A DNA stretch of 64,000 nucleotides from Bacilli bacterium (GTDB lineage: Bacteria; Bacillota_I; Bacilli_A; RF39; UBA660). Of the stretch, positions 9,017 to 16,617 are shown in pieces. The notes under the pieces were generated by a model. That model was not told where the DNA came from. It saw only the letters and a program-made list of their open reading frames with translations, and did not search any database. The DNA lies in assembly GCA_017450205.1 (NCBI GenBank), contig JAFSVF010000001.1:75189-139188 (forward strand). Direction: 5' to 3'. A program made the position numbers and the translations under genes. Numbering within the stretch: position 1 is the first letter of the stretch; every line of letters begins with the position of its first letter.

Positions 9017-11887
9017 ATGTTTTGTCCTAAATGTGGTACAAATTTACCAGAAAATTCTGATTTTTGTTCTCATTGTGGTGCTAATTTAAAAGAGTTTTTT
9101 TTACCAACTAATGAAGAAGAAACTCCAAGTAGTGAAGTAGCAACTCCAGTTGTTAATGAGAATAATACCAATTCTAATCAAGCTACAACTACTGAAATGT
9201 TATCAAAAAAGAGTAAAGAATTTTTTGAACCTAAGATAGAAAAAATAAAAGAATTTATAAAGAAGAATAAAAAACAATTAATAATTGGATTAAGTTGTTT
9301 TGTTGTAATATTACTTATAGCTATTGTTTATAATTCTTTATTTGGATTCGATAGGTTTAATTGGAATAAAGAATATAAAGATTTAAATTTAAATTACGTT
9401 ACTCAAAATAAAGTTCGATTAGCTATAAATTTTTCTGATGAAAATAAATTGGATAAAATTAAGTATAAAACTACATGTGGTAAACATGATGTTAGTGGAA
9501 AAGAAATTGAATGGGATTTAACGGATTCATTAGGCGAATGTGAAGTAGAAGTTACTTATAAGTTAAGAAAATTAAAAAAGAAATATATAGTTATTGATGA
9601 TTTTGTTAAAGAACATGATTTATATTTAGATCCTACTCAAATCGATTATGACTCTGATGAAGATTTAGACTATGATAAATTAACTAATAAACAAGAAAAA
9701 GAATTAAAGACTGATCCAATTCTTGCTGATACAGATATGGATGGTTTAGATGATGGTTACGAAGTTAATACTAGTAAAACAGATCCATTAAAGAAAGATT
9801 CAGATGATGATGGTTTATCTGATTATGATGAAATTGAATTAGGATCAGATCCATTAAAGAGTGATTCAAAAGGTGATGGAGTTAAAGATGGAGAAAGAAC
9901 TTTAACTTATTCAATTTCTAATGAAGATTTAGGTATAACTATTAATTTAACTGGTAAAGGTAATATTGCTAGTACTTCAATTAGTTCATTTAAGAATAAT
10001 ACATTTAAAGATATAGATGGACTTATGGATACTGTTTATAATTTTTATACAGATGGTACTGTTGAAAAAGCAGAAGTTGTTATTCCTTATACATTAGAAG
10101 AAATAACTAAAAAAGGTTTAGATGAAGACAATTTAGTTTTATATTACTTTAATGATGATACTAAAGAATTAGAAGCTATGCCTACAGTTGTAGATAAAGA
10201 GGCTAAAAAGATTACTGTTACTCTTAAACATTTTTCTAAATATGTTTTAGGAGATAAGAATGTAGTAATACAAAATAATAAAACTCAAATAATGATAGTT
10301 ATTGATAATTCAATATCAATGTATACTTATAAACAATTAGAAGATAAAGGTTACTCTGTTAGTGGAGCTGAAGGAAATGATAGTACATTTAAAAGATTAA
10401 CATTAACTAATAAGTTAATTGATATGTTTACTGGTAATTATCATTTTGGTATTGCTGAATTTGCAGGTTATTATGTTAATTTAAACAAGTTTACAGATAA
10501 TAAAGAAACATCAAAGAATTCAGTTGATTCTATTAAATATGATATTGATAATGTCGGTGATGGAACTAACATTGTAAATGCTCTTAATAAAGGTATTTCC
10601 GAATTCAGTAAAGATGAAGATAATCATTATTTAATACTTCTAACAGATGGTAAAGATACAAACAATTATACTACACTTGAAGATAGTAAAAAATCAATTA
10701 TTTCAAGTGCAAAAGAAAAAGACATTAAAGTATGTGTTATTGGTTTAGGTAGTAAAATTGATAGTGAAGATTTAGATGAAATTGCTGAAGGCACTGGATG
10801 TGATTATTATAATGCTAATGATGCAAATGCTTTAGAGGAAATTTATGCTCTTATTGCTGCAGATATTAATTATAATTTAGTTGATACTAATAAAGATGGA
10901 GTTGTTGATAGTACTGTAATAGCTGATAGTGGATTTATCGTTACTAGAGATGGTTTCTCATTTAATAATTATGCTTCAAGTTTATCAGGTGGTCATTGTT
11001 ATGGTATGGCATTGTTTGCTGAGCTTTATTATACAAAGAAACTTCCTATGAATTTTGGAGCAAGAAAAACTACTAGAGAGAATGAGAATTTAGATTTATA
11101 TTTAGAAATGAATTCTTATGCATATGATTTATATAGTACATATTTTTATAGTTATAGTAATTTATATGATTATAAATTAAAAACTAATTCTTTAAAGCAT
11201 TTATTTGGTTATGAGCACTTTGGTGAAGAGACTCCAAAAAATTTATATTCCATTAAAGATAAACTTTTAGTATACGATGAAGATATTAAAAATGAGGCTC
11301 TTAATTCTGGCTTATATGATTTAGTTACTGCTGAATCTCATTTAAGTAAAGAAAGACGTATTGAAAAACATGGGGCATATTATGAAAATTATGAAGATTT
11401 ATTGTTAAATGAAGACAAAATGCAAAGTAGTTCAGTTCTTGATAATAATGATAAACAACTATTAAATGCTCTTAGTTCATTCTTAATTAAACAACTTGCT
11501 ACAGATTTCTATTCTTCATCATTTAGTTTTGAAAATTGGGTTTTTGATAAACTTACAGATCAAAACTTTGATAGAATACATTCTGCTGCATTTATAGAAC
11601 TTTTAAAATCTAGAATTGAGAGTGGAGATGCACCAGTTATTGGTGGTGATTTTGATGGCGGAGATCATGCAGTTAATGCAATAAGTTTAGCTCAACATAT
11701 TGATAATCCTAATCATTATTCAATTGGTGTTTATGATAATAATTATCCTGGAGAAAAAAGATATGTTGATATAGTTTGTAATAAGCTAGTTTGTGTAACT
11801 AAAGAAGGTGCTTATTATAGTAATTCAAATAAAGCTATAAATATAAGTAAATCATTAGATGATGATTTAGCTTATTTTAAAAATTAA
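9017..11887 (+). CDS. Zinc-ribbon-anchored giant surface protein with TSP3-type Ca-binding repeats, a vWA domain and a C-terminal Cys/His peptidase-like domain
   Basis: Ribbon MFCPKCGTNLPENSDFCSHCGANL. One TM. DxDxDGLxDxxE repeats (DTDMDGLDDGYE, DSDDDGLSDYDE). vWA MIDAS IVIDNSISM with LLTDGKDT. C-terminal GGHCYGMA ... GGDHAVNA ... YDNNYPG. Confidence 0.65.
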   Translation: MFCPKCGTNLPENSDFCSHCGANLKEFFLPTNEEETPSSEVATPVVNENNTNSNQATTTEMLSKKSKEFFEPKIEKIKEFIKKNKKQLIIGLSCFVVILLIAIVYNSLFGFDRFNWNKEYKDLNLNYVTQNKVRLAINFSDENKLDKIKYKTTCGKHDVSGKEIEWDLTDSLGECEVEVTYKLRKLKKKYIVIDDFVKEHDLYLDPTQIDYDSDEDLDYDKLTNKQEKELKTDPILADTDMDGLDDGYEVNTSKTDPLKKDSDDDGLSDYDEIELGSDPLKSDSKGDGVKDGERTLTYSISNEDLGITINLTGKGNIASTSISSFKNNTFKDIDGLMDTVYNFYTDGTVEKAEVVIPYTLEEITKKGLDEDNLVLYYFNDDTKELEAMPTVVDKEAKKITVTLKHFSKYVLGDKNVVIQNNKTQIMIVIDNSISMYTYKQLEDKGYSVSGAEGNDSTFKRLTLTNKLIDMFTGNYHFGIAEFAGYYVNLNKFTDNKETSKNSVDSIKYDIDNVGDGTNIVNALNKGISEFSKDEDNHYLILLTDGKDTNNYTTLEDSKKSIISSAKEKDIKVCVIGLGSKIDSEDLDEIAEGTGCDYYNANDANALEEIYALIAADINYNLVDTNKDGVVDSTVIADSGFIVTRDGFSFNNYASSLSGGHCYGMALFAELYYTKKLPMNFGARKTTRENENLDLYLEMNSYAYDLYSTYFYSYSNLYDYKLKTNSLKHLFGYEHFGEETPKNLYSIKDKLLVYDEDIKNEALNSGLYDLVTAESHLSKERRIEKHGAYYENYEDLLLNEDKMQSSSVLDNNDKQLLNALSSFLIKQLATDFYSSSFSFENWVFDKLTDQNFDRIHSAAFIELLKSRIESGDAPVIGGDFDGGDHAVNAISLAQHIDNPNHYSIGVYDNNYPGEKRYVDIVCNKLVCVTKEGAYYSNSNKAINISKSLDDDLAYFKN

Positions 11888-11899
11888 GGAGATGATTAT

Positions 11900-13020
11900 A
11901 TAAAATGTCCAAATTGTGGATATGAAAATACTGAAGGAGTTAATACTTGTTCAGCTTGTGGTGGTAATTTAAATACTGCCACAAGTACTACTGAATCTAA
12001 TGATTCAAATTCTGTTAAAATGTCTGAAGTTATGAACGTGACTACAGATGATAATAAAGTTAATGTATCTTTTGATAAAGATAAAATGGAAGGACTTATT
12101 GAAGGAACTACTAAATTAGATGAAAATACTAATCTTGGTAAAGATATAATTGGAATGTTTGTTCCAAAAGATAAAGTTGATGAAGTATATAATAATGCTC
12201 AAGACGCATATAAAAAGAAACAACTTGAAAATCAAAGTCAACCAGTTACTCCTAAAAAAGAAAAGAAACATATGACTTTCAATAAAATTAGAGGCATAGT
12301 TCTAATAATAGTTTTAATATTAGCATTTATAGTTGCTTATTTACAATATAATGGGTGGTAGCTCTAATAGTAGTACTTCAAAAGTTACTACAACAACAAC
12401 TACAAAAAATGAAACAATTACAACAATCATAAATGAAGAATATGATAAAACTGGTGATTTCCTATTAGGAGTAGAAGATGTATTTACAATTAGTGGTAAA
12501 GGAACTGCGGCTTTAGGTAAAATCGAAAAGAAAATTAATGATATTAAGGATGATATTCAAATAATTGGCTTAAATCATGAGACAATAACAACTACTGTAG
12601 TTGGTATTCTTGAAAAAAAATCAAATTAATAAAGATGTAGCAGAAGCTGGTGAAACAGTTACTTTAATTCTAAAAGATATATCAACAGATGACGTTGAAA
12701 GAGGACAAATTTTAGCTAAACCAGGTTCAATTACTCAACACACAAAATTTAAATGTTCTGTATATGTATTAAAAACAGAAGAAGGTGGAAGACATACTCC
12801 ATTCTTCACAAATTTAAGACCACAATTCTATTTTAGAACTAGTGACGTTACTGGTGTTATTGAATTACCAGAAGGTGTAGAAATGGTTAATCCGGGTGAT
12901 AACGTTGAATTCGACGTTGAATTAACTACTTCTGTAGCACTTGAAAAAGGAACTAGATTCGATGTTCGCGAAGGTGGTAGAATAATTGGAAAAGGAATAG
13001 TTACAGACATTATTAGTTAA
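11900..13020 (+). pseudogene. Zinc ribbon-TM-Thr-rich linker-EF-Tu domain II/III fusion, disrupted (ATA start and two +1 frame breaks)
   Basis: The in-frame ribbon IKCPNCGYENTEGVNTCSACGGNL begins at ATA 11900, 8 nt after AAGGAG. The frame breaks at GGG 12353-12355 and at A8 12613-12620. The downstream frames encode the EF-Tu motifs [59 protein letters not shown] and [10 protein letters not shown]. Neither internal piece has an SD. Confidence 0.6.
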
Positions 13021-13021
13021 T

Positions 13022-13049
13022 TAAGAAAATAGAATTTCTATTTTCTTTT
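13022..13049 (+). repeat. 28-nt direct repeat, copy 2 (TAAGAAAATAGAATTTCTATTTTCTTTT)
   Basis: Matches 6200-6227 at 27 of 28 positions. Confidence 0.9.
13024..13049 (+). terminator. Rho-independent terminator after the EF-Tu-like gene
   Basis: Same stem as the serS terminator (AGAAAATAGA / TCTATTTTCT) followed by a T-run. Confidence 0.7.
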
Positions 13050-13094
13050 ATTCTTAGTTAATATATAATTAATAGTAGATTGGAGAATGATAAT

Positions 13095-14057
13095 ATGATA
13101 TGCCCAAATTGTGGAAAAGAAAATGTTGAAGGAGCAGGTTTTTGCGCGGGTTGTGGAAATAATTTAACAGTAGCGAATAATAATAATAATAATAATACAC
13201 TTGTTAATGATGAAACAAATAATGTTGTCTCTAATAGTATGTCAACTGATAATGTAGTTAATAATACTAATACGAATATAGATAATAAGAAAAATAATAA
13301 TAGTAAAGTAATAGTTATTATATGTATTTTATTAATATTAATTATTATTTTATTTTTAGTATTTGGATTAAATAAAGGTAAAAAATTAAATTCTAATGAA
13401 ACAACTGTAACTTCAACAACTACTGTTGTTGAAAATACAAAGTGTACTTCGTTTTCAACAGATTTCGAAGATGAACAAGTAATTAAAATATTAGATCTTG
13501 ATTATATATATCATGCTAATGCTAGTTATCCAGTTGCTCAACATACAGTTCTTAATAATTTTATAGATTATGAGAATGACATTATTGATAATAATCAATT
13601 TAAGGTTGAATTTGAACTTAATGGTAAAAAATATTATTTTTCATCTGATGTTGAAGGTAATAATGTAGATACTAATTTATTAAAGAATGAAAATGAAAAT
13701 TCTTATTATCCTAATGAAAATAATCCAAAAATTGATTTGATTAAAATTGAAGGAAAAGAAAGAATAAATATTAGTCATCTTGTTAGTGATGGTGATTTTA
13801 AATTTGGCAATCTTGTTTTAAGAAAAGATGAAAAAGGCATTTATAGATTTACAAATGATAAATATAATCTAGATCAAGCAAGTTCGGAAGCTCATTTCTT
13901 TGATAAAACTGGATGTAGATATGCGAAAGTGTCTTTTGTATGGAACACAGATGATAAAAGAAGTTTTAAAAAGTTACGTTTTAGTACATTTGTTGATGGA
14001 AGTGATAATTTATATTCTTCTGATACTGCTTTTCAATCAGTTGCTTATTCATATTAG
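13095..14057 (+). CDS. Zinc-ribbon-anchored single-pass membrane protein with an unknown ectodomain
   Basis: ATG at 13095 after the TTGGAGA SD. Ribbon MICPNCGKENVEGAGFCAGCGNNL, an Asn-rich spacer, one TM, then a Thr-rich linker (ETTVTSTTTVV). Confidence 0.6.
   Translation: MICPNCGKENVEGAGFCAGCGNNLTVANNNNNNNTLVNDETNNVVSNSMSTDNVVNNTNTNIDNKKNNNSKVIVIICILLILIIILFLVFGLNKGKKLNSNETTVTSTTTVVENTKCTSFSTDFEDEQVIKILDLDYIYHANASYPVAQHTVLNNFIDYENDIIDNNQFKVEFELNGKKYYFSSDVEGNNVDTNLLKNENENSYYPNENNPKIDLIKIEGKERINISHLVSDGDFKFGNLVLRKDEKGIYRFTNDKYNLDQASSEAHFFDKTGCRYAKVSFVWNTDDKRSFKKLRFSTFVDGSDNLYSSDTAFQSVAYSY
13176..13196 (+). repeat. (AAT)7 trinucleotide microsatellite inside a CDS (poly-Asn)
   Basis: Seven perfect in-frame AAT units. 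Confidence 0.9.
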
Positions 14058-14147
14058 GAAAGATTTATCTTTCCTTTTTACGTTAAATAAATCAATTAAA
14101 CTATTAAGTTTACTTGTTTGATAGTATAATTGTATTAGGGTGATAAT

Positions 14148-16421
14148 ATGGCCAAAAGAGGAAGAAGAAAGAAAAAGAATAGTGTTAATGCTGGTATTCT
14201 TGGAGTAATATTTGTACTTATTGGTGTAATCGGACTTGGTGTCTTTGGTCCAGTAGGTACAGCAATAAAAGCAGGAGCAGTATTTTTCTTTGGAAACTAC
14301 TTTAATATTTTAATAATTGAACTTATTGCATTAGGTATTTATATGATAGTACAAGGTACTACACCTAACTTCTTAAGTACTAGATTAGTAGGTTTATATT
14401 TAATAGTTACATCATTTTTGGTATTTATGAATATTAAATATTTAAATATGCAATTGGATTTTTCACATCAATTTGAAAACTTTATAACTACATTTAATTC
14501 AGTTACAAGTAATACTTTTACTGGTATTAGTGAAACTGGAAGTGGAGCATTTGGTCTACTTGTATCATTTGGCTTAGTTAAAGCATTAAGTGTTGCAGGT
14601 ACTTATGCATTACTAGTGGTATTTATGTTATTTGCAATTATGTTTATATTTGATTTTTCAATTGCAGACTTAGTAGACGTAATTAAAAATAGTTTATCTG
14701 AATCAGAAGAAGAAAGAGCAGAACGTTTAGATAAGAAACGTAAAGCCAAAGAAGAAAAAGAAGAAAGACGTTTAGAAAAGATGAAAGAAAAAGAAGAAAA
14801 ACGTCTATCTAAGATGATTCCTGAAGAAGATGATGAAGAAGATAATGGAATAGTAATAAATAGTGCTGAAGACTTAAAGAAATTCCACAATGATCAACAA
14901 GCAAATGTTCCTCAAACACCAGTTGAAGAAGTTCCATTAATTAATATAAATTCTAATTATAAACTTCCTGAACTTGATGAAGTATTAAGTAAAGTAAGTA
15001 CTAAGAAGAATGGAGAAAACCCAGAAGTATTAAAACAAACTTCTAAGAATTTAGTTAATGTATTAGCAGACTTCCAAGTTGAAGCACAAGTTGTAAATAT
15101 GAATATTGGACCTACTGTTACTCAATTTGAGTTACATGTTAAAAATGGTACAAAGATTTCTAAAATAACAGGACTTTCAAAAGAAATAGCTTTAGCACTT
15201 GGAGCTAAAGATGTAAGAATTGAAGCACCAATTCCTGGTAAAACATCAGTAGGTATAGAAATACCTAATAAAAATCCAGTTGGAGTTCCAATCAGAGAAG
15301 TAATTGAAAGACGTAGAAAAGAAATGATTGATCCTAATATGAAACTTCCAGTTTCTTTAGGAAAAGATATAAATGGTGTTCCAATGATATTTGACCTTTC
15401 AAAAACACCACACTTGCTTGTTGCTGGTTCTACTGGTTCAGGAAAATCAGTTTGTATCAACTCATTTATAGCAAGTTTACTTATTAATAAGAGACCAGAT
15501 GAAGTAAAACTTATATTAGTAGACCCTAAAAAGGTAGAGTTATCAAACTATAATGGAGTACCTCATCTTTATTGTCCAGTTGTAACTGATCCTAAGAAAG
15601 CATCAGTTGCTTTACAAAATGTAGTTAAAGAAATGGAAAATAGATATTTAACTTTTGAAGAAGAAAAAGTTAAGAATATAACTGGTTATAATGAAAAAAT
15701 TGAAAAATTAATGAAATCTAATCCAGAAGAAAATTATCATAAAATGCCTTATTGGCTAGTAATTATTGATGAGTTAGCAGATTTAATGCTTGTTGCTTCA
15801 AAAGAAGTAGAAGATTCAATCATGAGAATTACACAAATGGCCCGTGCTGCAGGTATTCACTTAATTGTTGCAACACAAAGACCATCTACAGATGTAATTA
15901 CTGGTGTAGTTAAAGCAAATATTCCATCACGTATCTCATTTGCAGTAGCATCTCAAATAGACTCAAGAACAATCCTTGATTGTGGTGGAGCTGAAAAACT
16001 TCTTGGTAAAGGTGATATGTTATTTAAACCAATGGGTCAAAATAATCCAACTCGTATTCAAGGTAACTTCATTAGTGATGAAGAAATCGAAAGAGTTATC
16101 TCTTATGTAACTAAACAACAAAAAGTACAATATAATGAAAACTTTACAACAGCATCATCTGCTGGAGGATTTGGAGTTAGCAGTGGTGGTTCTGCTTCAG
16201 GTGGAGCTGAAGATGATGATCCACTATATAATGAAATCGTAGATTATTGTATCCAAACAGGTAAAGTAAGTGCATCACTACTTCAAAGAAAGTTTAGACT
16301 TGGTTATAACCGAGCAGCAAGAATAGTTGATATTCTAGAAGAAAGAGGTATAATTGGACCACCAAATGGTTCTAAACCTCGTGAAGTTTTAATAAAACTA
16401 AAACCAGATGAAGAAGAATAG
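14148..16421 (+). CDS. ftsK: DNA translocase FtsK/SpoIIIE
   Basis: N-terminal TM helices, a charged linker, Walker A GSTGSGKS, Walker B LVIIDELADL, and a C-terminal gamma winged-helix (LLQRKFRLGYNRAARIVDILEERGI). Confidence 0.9.
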   Translation: MAKRGRRKKKNSVNAGILGVIFVLIGVIGLGVFGPVGTAIKAGAVFFFGNYFNILIIELIALGIYMIVQGTTPNFLSTRLVGLYLIVTSFLVFMNIKYLNMQLDFSHQFENFITTFNSVTSNTFTGISETGSGAFGLLVSFGLVKALSVAGTYALLVVFMLFAIMFIFDFSIADLVDVIKNSLSESEEERAERLDKKRKAKEEKEERRLEKMKEKEEKRLSKMIPEEDDEEDNGIVINSAEDLKKFHNDQQANVPQTPVEEVPLININSNYKLPELDEVLSKVSTKKNGENPEVLKQTSKNLVNVLADFQVEAQVVNMNIGPTVTQFELHVKNGTKISKITGLSKEIALALGAKDVRIEAPIPGKTSVGIEIPNKNPVGVPIREVIERRRKEMIDPNMKLPVSLGKDINGVPMIFDLSKTPHLLVAGSTGSGKSVCINSFIASLLINKRPDEVKLILVDPKKVELSNYNGVPHLYCPVVTDPKKASVALQNVVKEMENRYLTFEEEKVKNITGYNEKIEKLMKSNPEENYHKMPYWLVIIDELADLMLVASKEVEDSIMRITQMARAAGIHLIVATQRPSTDVITGVVKANIPSRISFAVASQIDSRTILDCGGAEKLLGKGDMLFKPMGQNNPTRIQGNFISDEEIERVISYVTKQQKVQYNENFTTASSAGGFGVSSGGSASGGAEDDDPLYNEIVDYCIQTGKVSASLLQRKFRLGYNRAARIVDILEERGIIGPPNGSKPREVLIKLKPDEEE

Positions 16422-16545
16422 GATATTATAATAGACCAAAAGGCTTAGAATTCTATGGACTATCTTTGTTCTCAATGCTTAGTCATGATATAGTAATTGC
16501 AATAGTAGTTTTTCCAAACGTAAAATATTAATTAAATAATTTGAT

Positions 16546-16578
16546 AAAAAACCAGAGAAATCTGGTTTTTTCTTTTTT
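16546..16578 (+). terminator. Rho-independent terminator about 125 nt downstream of ftsK
   Basis: AAAAACCAGA / TCTGGTTTTT stem with a GAAA loop and a T-run. Confidence 0.7.
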
Positions 16579-16617
16579 AATTTATACATTATGATATAAT
16601 TAAAATAGGGAGTGCAT

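Noticed and set aside
12333-13020. Treating 12333-12629 and 12601-13020 as two independent genes (ATG 12351 and TTG 12601 starts).
   Set aside because: Neither has an SD, and the split falls in the middle of the EF-Tu domain II beta-barrel. The pieces make sense only as one frame-shifted gene continuous with 11900-12361.
14603-15460. Antisense ORFs 14603-14890 and 15122-15460 inside ftsK.
   Set aside because: They are embedded opposite a strongly supported gene. Their products are low-complexity with no SD. The same reasoning applies to 1-195, 12828-13010, 17497-17754, 38066-38281, 45429-45677, 47906-48112, 53238-53435, 53998-54183, 54448-54633, 54635-54925 and 24914-25114. It also applies to the same-strand overlapping ORFs 13900-14121, 61672-61860 and 62451-62651.
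16422-16545. The ~125-nt spacer between the ftsK stop and its terminator as a structured ncRNA or riboswitch.
   Set aside because: I saw only short, weak complementarities and no recognisable conserved motif. It is more simply a 3' UTR.
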